Positions 1 through 11,800 of a DNA stretch of 64,000 nt are shown in pieces (the first letter of the stretch is position 1; the number at the start of each line of letters is the position of its first letter). Below the pieces are notes generated by a model. The model was not told the origin of the DNA and did not search any database. It saw only the letters and a list, made by a program, of their open reading frames with translations. This stretch comes from Tubulanus polymorphus. Lineage: Eukaryota > Animalia > Nemertea. The stretch covers positions 12,760,275 through 12,824,274 of the forward strand of contig NC_134032.1 in assembly GCF_964204645.1 (NCBI RefSeq), read 5' to 3'. Position numbers and translations under genes: made by a program.

Positions 1-7
1 GTTCTAG

Positions 8-3000
8 GGGTCAGATAATTTCGAACGTCGGCGACACGTTGACGTCGGAGTTGACGAAGTGTTTGCCGATATTCCTCGAGCGTTTGAAAAACGAAATCAC
101 GAGACTGACGACGGTTAAAGCTTTGACGATGATCGCGTCTTCGCCGCTGCAAATCAGTCTTCAAACAGTACTCGTACGTATTGTAAAAACATCTAGTTAT
201 TAATAAATCAATACTTCAGTACGAACTCAGTGCCACGGTTAACTTAGAATTTTGTTCATGGCAGAACTGTGTCTGGTTTTATTAGCGATATCGATTGTTT
301 GTTGAATTCGAAATTTCAGGGCGAAGGAGTACCGATTTTAGCTTCGTTTCTCAGGAAAAATCATCGAGCCCTGAAACTTTCAACCCTGACGTGTTTAGAC
401 GTGCTGTTTATTAATTACGGTAAGCAGATGATGCAGGGTTTCTACGACTCCTTAAAAAGTCCTAAATGGAAAATTCTTTTAAAGTTGCATGAAACTCCTT
501 TAATTTGAGCAAAATATCTGAAACTCCTTCAATTTTGAGAAATAGGAAATTAGAAATTTTTGTCTAGTTTGTAGTTGTAAAGTTAACTACACCTTAATCG
601 ATACAGTTTGGATTTGTTTTTACCCTGATAGGTTGGTTGGTAACTGTATTAGAAACCTAGTTTGGGTAGAGTTAAGAATAAAAATGTACTTTTAAAACCA
701 CTGAATTAATGGTTTACCGTAATGAACAGTTCCGACTTGGGAGGAGTCTACTGTAATGGATATATGAAAGCGATGCAAGCACTTCCTCAAAATTTGGAAT
801 CAAAACTCATTTTCTTATTGAAAACTCATCGTATCCAGGAATGACTGATCTGTAGGGACCCTGTGATAGTGTTTTTCAAAGCTAGGGTTTATTACGGGCA
901 TTGAATGAGTGCAGTGAATTGAAAGCGTTGAAAAACTTTATCATTGCTTTGAATCGGCGTGAATTTACACGGAAGGCCTTGAAAATACAAAGTACGAATT
1001 TGAATTGTAGGTGACGCGATGACGCAATCGATGGTAGCAGACGTAATGAAAGAAATTCCGTCGCTGATTTCCGACACTGATTTACACATTTCGCAGTTAA
1101 CTCTCACGCTGTTGACGTCGATTTGTAAAGGTCACAAATCTTGTACGACGAGCATTCAAACGTCGGTACTGCCGCACTTACTCACCCTCATCAAATCACC
1201 GCTTTTACAAGGTATGTACGTACGTTCTCTAGACCAACGATTCTTTTCGTAAATAGATTGAAATCGTTAGTTTCTTCAGGGGTAATTATACCGTATTTGA
1301 ATTCGTTGAGGTATAATATATCATTATGCAGCTTGAAACCATCCCTTCAGTTAGTTACGTAGAAGTGTGGACAATCAGTTTCTTTCTAAAGATAAGCTGA
1401 TAAAATGTCTAATATCTGCTGCTGTTTGTAGTTCATCTTCGATTAGAAACCTCTCAGAGAGAGTCCTTGTGAAGTGTAGATGATAAGTTTTTGAAAGCGT
1501 GCTGATAAAATGTCTAATATCTAATTTTCACTGAGAAATGTCTCTGGTGAAGTCCTGAACACATGTTAAGTGTGGACAATCTGTTTCTGAAAATGAGTTT
1601 ATGAAATGTCTAATGTCTGGTGTTTGTAGTTCATCTTCAATTAGAAACCTCTCAGATAAAGTCCTTGTGAAGCCTGGACGATCAAAAATAGGAAGAATAG
1701 TAATAGAGTATTGAAGTACTGAAGGGTGGGTCCTGCATTACGTACATTTGACCCTTTGTACCCACTCATGAACCATATAAACACCAATAGAAATTGTCGA
1801 CTCCAGTTACTCCATCACTTCACGACAAAATTGAAATTTCAGTTGATGATATTTTTCGTTTGATATTTACGTAGGTGGAGCGTTGAACGCGATGTTAGAA
1901 TTTTTCCAGGCTCTCGTCGCGACGGGAACGCAAAAATTGGGCTTCAAAGATCTTCTGCAGATGTTGTTATACCCGATTTATAGTCCGACGCAGGACAATA
2001 CAGCTCAACTTCATAAACAGGTTCGTAGAAGAGAACAGCGTTTCAGAATTTTTCATCAGGGGTACCGGTAACTAGGTTTTAACAGATCAGGGAGTTCTGG
2101 ATTTACTTTTCCATTTCCCTGCTGGGAAAATCAGGAAATTTTTACTCTTTCTTGAAAATCGGGGAAAAGTATGCAAATGTTAGGTGTTTTGTTGTTCTTG
2201 CCTGTAAATGAGTGCACCGTGCATCTGTTGAGTAAGATATAGCCCACGATGAAGATATCTGCTAATTTGATCGGGGAATTTTTGGTCTTTGGTCAGAGAA
2301 GTCTCGAAAAAAGATAGAAGAATTTGGATGTTTGGTGTTTTGTTGTTTTTGCTGGATGGTCCTTTATATTAGAGGGGGTTTGCGAGAACTTGACCATTTG
2401 TGGCATCTAAAACTAACTACTTGTATTTCTATATATTTCAGGCTTATCATTCAATAGCGAAATGTGTCGCCACGTTAACGGTCGTCTGTGAAAACGAGGC
2501 CTCGGCCGTAGTCACTCAATTCATCAATGATATCAAGGTAAATTTCTAAATCTTGCGCTTTAAACGCGTCAGCTCGCGTGAATTCCAATGAATCTATTGA
2601 ATCCGTGATTCCTTTCAGAACGCGAAATCTACCGATTCGATTCGATTGTTCGCTTTGCTCTGCGTCGGAGAAATAGGAAAATTCATGTGAGTATTTTATT
2701 TGTCGAGTAACAAATTTTAACAAATTTTAAGTATTTGCCCGGGTTTCAGTATGTATTCAGTTCAGTTTAGTCGAGTCAATTATCTTAACCCTATTGAACT
2801 GGGATGTAGCTTTTTAGCGAAACATACATAACCCAGCTCAAAACTTGTGATTTCAAACGCTTATGAGTTTAATTTTCGTTAACGAGAAAATAACCTAAAG
2901 CAATTTCAATTCGTTGAATGTGAAATTCGGGAGTTAGAAATTGAAATGAGTGAAATTCGTTTGTTATCGTTTTGTAGAGATTTAAGTCATCACAACGACC

Positions 3001-6000
3001 TTCAGAATGTGATATTAGAAGCGTTCAGTTCACCGAACGAAGATGTGAAATCTGCTGCATCATTTGCTTTAGGTACGTTAGCTAGCAGACGCAGTTTTCC
3101 TGAACTCATCCGGTGAAATCAATAAGTTTTATGAATATTTTTGTACTCGGTGTATGTTCTAGGAAATGTAAGCGTTGGTAACCTGCCGACGTTTTTACCG
3201 TTCGTTCTCAACGAAATCGAGAATCAACCGAAACGTCAATATTTATTGTTACATTCGTTAAAAGAGATAATTAGCTGTGAATCGTGCAACGCGAGCGGAA
3301 TCAGTGATTTACAACCTTACGTCGAGTCAGTTTGGTAAGTAGTTGCAGTTCCACAGAAGTGTGCGGTTAATTTTGACTGTGGATCCAGTTCCACAGTAGT
3401 GTTTGGTTTATTTTGACTGGATACAGTGCCACAGTTGTGTAGGTTTGATTTGACTGTGGATCCAGCTCCACAGTTGTGTTTGGTTCATTTTGACTGGATA
3501 CAGTGCCACAGTTGTATAGGTTTCATTTGACTGTGGAGGTGGATCCAGTTCCACAGTAATGTTTGGTTTATTTTGACTGGATACAGTGCCACAGTTGTGT
3601 AGATTTGATTTGACTGTGGATCCAGTTCCACAGTTGTGTGGGGTTTATTTTGACTGGATACAGTTGCACAATTGTGTCGGTTAGTTTGGTGGGTTTATAA
3701 TTTGACTGTGGATCCAGTTGTCAGTTGTGTGCTTATTTGACTCTCAAACCAGTTCCACAGTTCAGTGGACTTGATTTGACTCTGGATCCAATTCCACAGT
3801 TTGTGCTGAATTAAACCCCGTGGTTGTATGAACTTTCTAACAATTTGTTAATTGTATTTCGTCAGGAATTTGCTGTTGAGTCATTGTGAATGTCCGGAGG
3901 AAGGAACGCGTAACGTGGTCGCGGAATGCCTCGGTAAACTGACGCTCATCGATCCGGAGATGTTGCTGCCGAAATTGAAAAGTTATCTAAATTCGAATTC
4001 GGCGATGACTCGTAGTACGGTCGTTACAGCCGTGAAATTCACCATCTCCGACCAGGTCAGTATTGTATAAATAATAGTTTAGTCTTTTAGAATACAGGTA
4101 AACTGCGGTAAAGTTGAGATTGGTAAAATTCTACTCCGAGTTGGGATCAAATACTGAGTAAGAGTTGAGAAATACAGTAGACTCTTGTCTCTTACTGTGG
4201 TAAAGTTGAGATTGGTAAAATTCTACTCCGAGTTTGTGTCAAATAATGAGTAAGAGTTTGAGAAATACAGCAGACTCTGTCTCTTACTGTGGTTAAGTCG
4301 AGATTGGTAAAATTCTACCCCGAGTTGGTGTCAAATACTGAGTAAGAGTTTGAGAAATACAGCAGACTCTGTCTCTTACTGTGGTTAAGTCGAGATTGGT
4401 AAAATTCTACCCCGAGTTGGTGTCAAATACTGAGTAAGAGTTTGTGAAATACAGTAGACTCTTGTCTCTTACTCAGTTAACTTGAGACTGGTAGAATTCT
4501 AACCCGAGTTGGTGTCAAATACTGAGTTAGAGTTTGAGATTCTGTCTCTTATTGCCTATAGTTTAAGGTCTATATGATTCAGATACCGGTAATCTATAAG
4601 AATTGTTACTCTATTTTCAGCCACAACCGATCGACCCGTTGTTGAAAGGCAGTATGGGTGATTTCCTGGCGACGTTGCAGGATTCGGATTTGAACGTGCG
4701 TCGTGTGGCGTTGGTCGCGTTCAATTCGGCGGCTCATAACAAACCGTCGTTGATACGCGATTTACTGGAAGCCGTTTTACCTCATCTCTACCACGAAACA
4801 CAAATCAGAGTAAGTTTTGAAAATGATCCACGGTTCCCGGTTAACTTCGATTTTAGACAGTGATTTCTAGAGGAGTTAAAACTCAACTGCGTCGGAAATA
4901 ATTTTTAGCAATTCATTGTGGTTCTTATTGTTTCCTTTAAAATTTTTTAGCGAGAATTAATTCGTGAAGTTGAAATGGGTCCATTTAAACACACAGTCGA
5001 CGATGGTCTTGATATCAGAAAGGTAAGACGTTCTAAATGACTCGAGGTGGGCTTAGGGCAGAGTTTTAGGCCGAGATGGTGGGGTGAGGGTTAACATTTT
5101 AGATCGTCCTACATCACGCATATGTTCAGGACCTCATCCAAAACATTTTCATTTGAAAATGAACATTAGACATTTTATCAGCACACTTTCCAAACTTATT
5201 GTCCACACCTGACATGTGTTCAGTGCTTCACCTGAGACATTCTTAATGAAAAGTGAAATAAAAACACCAGAAATTAGACACTTTATAGTAATGGCGGGCG
5301 ACAATTTAGGTACATTTTCGTGAAATTTTAGTGCATATTACTGCTTTAAGAAGTATTGTGGACTTTCGTCATAGATCAATGTCGGGTGGAATTTTTCACC
5401 TGTCATTTTCAATAGGGTTCCTGGTCAGAATAGGGTTGGTTTGAACCCCCACTGGGTCCACCGCTGATGGGGCTATAATGCAGGGATATATCATATCCTG
5501 GCCTGATTTTCACCGTTTATTATCTGATATTTCAGGCTGCATTTGAATGTATGTACACGTTATTGGACGCGTGTCTCGATCGTATCGACATTTTCGAATT
5601 TCTGAACAACGTCGAGGAAGGTTTGAAAGATCATTACGACATAAAAATGTTGACGTATTTGATGTTGGTTCGTTTGGCTCATCTGTGTCCGTCTGCCGTT
5701 CTACAACGTAAGAATCGAATCGAATCATTTTTGGTTCCTTTGCAATTGGTTAATATATACGAGTCAATCGAGGCGTCAGTTGTGCACAGTAATGACTAGA
5801 TCATCTTAGTTCTATAGCTAATCAAAACTAATCTTTAGATCTAACAGTGTGGCTACTGACCTGGAAAAATCTGGAAAAACAGGGAGTTTAACAAATTTTT
5901 TGACCCAGTTCTGGAAACGGTTTTAACTTGGATCCCTCGGGCCAGTTTTATAGACCAATTTCAACTATAAACTAGTTTTATTGACGAATACTGGTAATAT

Positions 6001-6733
6001 AAAAGAAAAAGTGAAAGTCTGAATTTGTGAAATTACACAAAGTTTTATGATTTCTTGTTGTCAGGATTGGACCGTTTGGCCGAGCCGCTGAAATCGACGT
6101 GTACGGCTAAAGTGAAAGCGAATTCGGTAAAACAAGAATTCGAGAAACAAGACGAATTAAAACGCTCGGCGATGAGGGCTGTAGCTGCTCTGCTTACGAT
6201 TTCCGATGCAGGTGAGATTCATACATATTTTTTTTGAATCGATTGAATCGAAATTGTCGGTTCAGTTGTCATCAGATAATGCGTCACGGAGTTCAATAGA
6301 ACAGTACATATGTTTATAGCTTACGATGAATACGCTTTGGGTTAATTTCGGGTGTTTTAAAGGGAATGAAAGTTTCTTAAATTCACTTATTCTCGCGATT
6401 TGTTCCCGCGATGATCCGCCAAAATTGCGGAGGTCCTGATAGTGGCGGATAACTGGGAGTTGTCTCTCTATATTTAATTCCATTTACCAAATGTAAGTCG
6501 TCATTTCGACAGGTGGCCGGCACGATGACATTTCTCCGACCAAACAGAGTTCAGCTATATTAATGACATTTCACAAATTTTTTGTTTGTTTTCTTGTTGC
6601 AGAAAAAAGTCCGCCGATGAACGAATTTCTGACGCAGATCAAATCGAATCCGGAGTTGAGTTATATGTTCGAGAGTATTCAGAAGGATACGTCTGCTTCG
6701 AGCTCGGAGACGTCGCTAATGGATACGAGTTAA
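8..6733 (+). CDS. CAND1: Cullin-associated NEDD8-dissociated protein 1, 3' portion (5' exons lie outside the window)
   Basis: 14 GT-AG exons with consistent phases: 8-173, 320-419, 1011-1211, 1875-2020, 2442-2537, 2619-2686, 2978-3072, 3163-3334, 3866-4055, 4621-4809, 4951-5022, 5536-5707, 6065-6211, 6603-6733 (TAA). Translation contains the CAND1 motifs [71 protein letters not shown] and ends ...MDTS*. Confidence 0.97.
1360..1680. repeat. Degenerate ~100-110 bp tandem repeat; dispersed family with inverted copies at ~5105-5285, ~12775-12945 and ~63140-63240
   Basis: Recurring gctgataaaatgtctaatatct...gtttgtagttcat motifs; reverse complements (gaactacaaacacc, attagaca) occur elsewhere. Confidence 0.7.
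3345..3805. repeat. Minisatellite with ~36-40 bp unit (tgactgtggatccagttccacagttgtgt...) in a CAND1 intron
   Basis: About 12 imperfect tandem units are visible. Confidence 0.9.
4100..4552. repeat. 92-bp tandem repeat, 5 copies; inverted relative at ~16300-16600
   Basis: gagattggtaaaattct-like motif recurs at 4116, 4208, 4300, 4392 and 4484. Reverse-complement units (agaattttaccagtctc, actcttactcagtatt) lie in a UBF intron. Confidence 0.9.
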
Positions 6734-7440
6734 ACCGGCGCCCGAGTTGAGCAGACGGAATTTCGAATTAGGCGTCGGTTTTGATGATGGTGACGACGAT
6801 GAACTGTTACTCTTCGATTCAAACTGACCTGCTTGTAAATATAGACTGGAGAAGTGCTCGCATCGGGGTCGCGCTTCTGTTCACCTGACCCTCTCTCACT
6901 TTGTTCCCTAACTCACCTATTCTCACCCCCCTATCTTCCCGACCATCCCACTCTTCACCTCTCCGGGCGCTCATTACCTTGCTATTTCCCGCTTCCTACA
7001 TCCCTGTCCCCCTTCCCTCTTCTAGCTCCTCCCACTGTCTTCACTCTCTCCATCTCAAACTTTCAGACCTCTATCGGAAGAGTACGGACGAAACTTACAA
7101 ATGACATCGTCATCATTTCCATGTTCTCAAAGACTTCTTATCGGCTAGTAACGTGTCAATTAGAGATATCACAGATAATGTGCTCTTCTTATGGCTGATA
7201 TTTTGGAGTTGAACTTGAGAACGAAAGTGGAATTTGAAATGCTTTGATTGTGTGTGACATGTAGTTTTTGACCACGTCAGATGTGTTGGTTCCATTGTTT
7301 GTTTCAGTTTACGTTATAAAAGACGTTGTTTTCTTGGTTCAGAATTTCGTGAATGAGTTGAGACAATTATGTGTTAGGTTGAATGTGCAGAGGCTCCTTA
7401 AACGAAAGAAATCAACTACTACGGATCCTCAGAACTTTGA

Positions 7441-7656
7441 GACCCGGTTCCATAGGTGCAGTTGTGAGTCAAGATGTGACTCTTGAGTTAGCGCATTTAA
7501 AATGAACTTGCCTCACAACTGTGGAACAGGGGCCGGGTTCCATAGTCTTGGCTTAGACTTGACCATGTTAGTTCTATAGCCAATCTAACAACTTGAGACC
7601 AATCTTAAGACTTAAGCCCACTTACGGACTTGAGTCTCGACTGTGGAACCGGCCCC
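7441..7656. mobile_element. Two adjacent short MITE-like elements with ccggttcca.../...tggaaccgg termini; relatives at 22710-22820 and 55441-55550
   Basis: Terminal inverted repeats, and the same terminus occurs at several loci. Confidence 0.7.
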
Positions 7657-8025
7657 TGGAGTTGGAGGACCTAAAATTCAGTGAGGATACTAGTAGGGCA
7701 GGGTTTTGTACTGTGGTAGAGTCTTACATTGCCAAATCCCTGTGAGTGAGAATGGGTCTTGTAGTGCAGAGATCTTACAATGTGAGGGAGTATGTTCATT
7801 CACAAGGCTCCAGTATAAAGTTATTAATTTCATCAAGATGTTAAGTTGTCTTTTTTGAGAAGGAAGGACATTCTGTGTATAACTGTATGATATTAGCATT
7901 TTCGTTAACTTTTCGCGCTCCGCAGAAAAAATTCTTGTGTGCTTTAGATTCGTATGTGCTTCACGCGTCGTCTGTCGATGGCTATTATATTATCATTTAT
8001 CATTGTAAAAAAATTTACTCTGCAA

Positions 8026-8031
8026 AATAAA
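8026..8031 (+). terminator. Probable CAND1 polyadenylation signal
   Basis: AATAAA ~1.3 kb after the stop codon and before the next gene's promoter. Confidence 0.4.
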
Positions 8032-8681
8032 TTTTCATGTAAAACTAGAGATATATTCTTGAGGATTATTTCTTGGAGTTGCTGCTTAATAAGTTAGTTC
8101 ATACATTCTTCGTTTTTACGGGGCTGAGTTCTGACGGGCCAATATCGCTTTCCTACCGGCAGGAACTGGTATATAGAGGATACAAACATGAACATTCAAT
8201 ATGAAAACATAAAATATTAAGAACTTTAGCTTTAAAATCGTACAAATAATCTTCAAAAATATTAAGCATTTCCAAAATGAAACACATGCAGTTTCAAGGC
8301 AAATCAAATCAAATACATGGAGCACAAGCAATTTTTTAAAACAAATATTGCCATATGGAGGATGAAATCGTCCTTATTCTCACTGTTTAATAAATTGAGT
8401 CATAATTCAAGGCTCGATTTTTAGCCTATAAAATTTTATTTTTGTAATATATCTTATTTACACTCGCATATCTAACAACACAATGGGAAAATTGAAAAGT
8501 CAATAACAAAATACTTGTTTAAATCGAACAAAGAGAAGTAACGGACAGTAACTAATTAGTCTTAACTAATTTATTTATTTTGTTTAACACTCAAATGCAT
8601 AACGGGTATTAGATTAGTAAAATATAATTACCGTCAAGTGTCGCCACCTAACCACGAGGATTTGAACTGATCTTAGCAGCG

Positions 8682-8713
8682 AAAACATGGCGGATGTTCT
8701 ACACGCGCGGTAG
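8682..8713 (+). promoter_or_regulatory. YY1-like motif (AAACATGGCGG) overlapping a short uORF (MADVLHAR*) upstream of the UBF-like ATG
   Basis: Motif sits in a CpG-rich stretch ~180 bp upstream of ATG 8870. Confidence 0.35.
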
Positions 8714-8869
8714 TTTCTAGTCGTAATTTCGCCGTCAAAATCCGGATTATCGTTGTTTGTCACCGGCTGAGAAAATTCAGTTCGTGCGATCGTTATTGTG
8801 GGTATCGAATACTGATACCGATCGGGTTTTATAATCGAGATATTCAGCGTCAAAATCGGGAATAATATC

Positions 8870-11800
8870 ATGCAGTCTGTATCATCAAACCTGCTGATTT
8901 CAAAACCTCCGTCTTCGTCGACGCCCGGGAAACGAAAAAAGAAGCAACCGAAGACGAAGAAGGAGATGTCTCCGCCTCCCGATCTCCCCTTCCAACAGCA
9001 GTCAGAATCTGAATCGAGTGATGGTAAGATCTCTAAATTTCTTCCATTGATTTATTTAACGAACCTCATTTATTTCGTCCGAACGAAAAAGAAAGTTGAT
9101 CCTCTCGCTCTTCCTGCCTTGGTTTTCCTCTTTGGCTCATCATCATCATCATCATCATCAATTGTGAAGGTTCTGTGGTAGGCTCCTTTGAGCCTGTGCT
9201 GTGGTTATCCTCCTCGTTGTTTCTCATTTCGTTGATAGGTTTCCCGGTTTGGGGAAAGACAGAGACTCCCTTCATTGGTTATTCAGTTAACGCGTTGAAT
9301 TAGTAATTAAAATCAACACGATTGTTGTTAATCGTTAATTTTAGTAATTTTATACTCATGATTAGTAAAATGGTTTTTAACTCATTGATTAGTACTTTTG
9401 ATTAGTAATTGGAATTTTCACAACTTTTACTATAAACATTAAATTGAATTTGACGAATTGGTTAACAATGATTGATTGAATGATTACTCGAAAACCGTGA
9501 TGATTACTCGTATTCCCCTTTGCATTTCTTTATACGTATTCGTTGAGGTAAAAACCGGACATCTATAGAAACAGAAAATTTTATTTCTATTCTAAGAATA
9601 AGAATTCTAATTTTTCGTTAAGTTTACAAATTGAAGAATAGGCCCCCTATTCATCAAAGCCGAAAAACCATCATATGATCAATGAACCAACAAGTCTTTT
9701 TTGATTGAGCATGGTACCTCTCTTTTACTCTTTTGGTACCGTAATTAGTGTATTGATTAGTCTAGTAGTGGAATCTGTTTGATTAGTCTAGTAGTTGAAT
9801 AATTTCAATCAGTTTATTTCAAAAGTTTGTAGGCCTAATTAATACTAAAGATTATTAAGGTGATTGCCTGCCTATCCATTTCCAGTCACTTGTTATACCT
9901 CTGATGAGGGGAAATATTCTTGAAAACTTTCATACTAAATGAATTTACTTGTGAACCCCTTTGAAAATGAGATTTATTCTATTTATGTGGTGTTTAACTG
10001 GTTTATGTAAAATCCGTTATAATGCCACCAATGAAAAACATGAAGTTATTACGGATTTGGCATTAGGCTTAGGGCTTATAAAGAATGGTGTTTTCATTGA
10101 ATTTGAGTTCGATTGAGCTAATTTTTTCTCTGAAAATAAGCATGAATATCCAATGTCTTTAGGCCTTTAGAAATTAAACTTTTTGAGGACAGGAGAAATT
10201 AAAATTTCTCAAATCTTTCTATGAATATCAAGATTAGATGAATAAGTCTTTGCTAATTGGGATTGGTTTTTTAGACCGGGTGTGCAACAGGCTGGTGCAT
10301 GATAAACACTTATGTTTTTTAACTAAAAAATTGAAAACACAAATGAATGATAAAAGTGAATCTTTTATTTTTGCGTAGAACTTTTTCATGTGACTGGGTC
10401 CACTGTCTAGGAGCTGACCACACACTCCACTACTATTTCAAATTAGTTACCGTACTACACTTAAGGACTTAATTACTTCTAAGGATGGCAAAAATAAGAT
10501 GCTCTTGATAAAGAAAAAAATCTTGTTCGTTTTCATTGAAAAACTACTAATTTCTAGGCCTATGTGAAATTACTCTCAATTGTGATGAAAACGAATGGAA
10601 CAAACTTCATCTAACTATTTCATCTTTTGTTTCAACAGCCATCGTAACAGATTAGTTGCACATGTAGAAAATCCACCATATCAATTTAGGCTAAACTGTT
10701 CTTGTGTTTTCGTTTTTGTTGTCGTTCAAATTGATATTGTCGGTTTATTCTTACGACGAGACTGGTTGAAATCTAGTCTCCGATATATTTACAACATTTG
10801 CTTAGACTCTTTGTTCCCTAAACCTAAAACCTCAAGGGTCGATACTCCTTGTATGTATAGAAACACTGACTGCTGCGATGGAATCACCGCGTGATTGGTC
10901 GCGCGTTTTCCCAGGCAAGCAACGCACCGCGTACCGCATGTACACGTCAGCGTTAGCGCGGTAACAATCATCCCCGTCGTCGACGGCGACGACGACTACA
11001 CCGACTCAAAGGAGTCTTTTATTGACTGCTTCGCGAGCGTTGTTTTACGTTGATGGGAGCGGTCGTTTTGCCGTCGTCGATGTAAATCTATTACTTTAAA
11101 TAGATATCGTAATAATAAACTGCGTTCGCGATGTGTTGTTAGTAATAGATGTTTCTAGACTGTCTCTCTCTATTCTACTAGACAATTCTCTCGTGTTCGG
11201 TAGCCAAGAATATTTTTTTTTCAAACGTGGTAAATTTCAGAAATATCGAAATAAAGCGAGAACTTTTCAATCACAAATGAAAATTTGAGCGTCTTATATT
11301 TGACGGAAAAAAGAACTTTTTTATAATCAGAATTGTCCACCTGTTAATGATACTAAATATCGCCTTATGCAAAAATGATTCAGACACTGACCTTACATGT
11401 TGGTTTAGTTTACCATTGATGCGAACTAAGTATTATTATTGTAAATCTATGGACCATATTTTAGCAGATTGATTTGAAATGAAGTTTCGAAAATATTTTT
11501 TGCTCCCCCGAAAAAGAGCATTTCGAGGGTTTGTAATAATCCCTGTAGTTTGATAGTTGGTTGCTCTGTTGTTAGATTTAAACCAGTGATATATTGATAT
11601 TGAGAGTTGTTGCCAACAAAAAGATACATTTTCATACATTATACAATTTGTTACATTGTATCACTCTCAGCTGTTAGACCTGACCTACATATGATCTTGA
11701 CAGACAGGCTACTTAACTGCATGTTAGACCTGACCTATATATGATCTTGACAGAGATCTGACTATAATGCAGGCTACATTTTATGTTAGCCAAAACAAGA

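Noticed and set aside
6854-7198. 114-aa Pro/Leu/Ser-rich ORF
   Set aside because: Low-complexity pyrimidine tract in the CAND1 3'UTR.
9901-9932. CTGATGA...GAAAAC hammerhead-like string
   Set aside because: Weak stem II and no helix I/III support; could be chance in AT-rich DNA.
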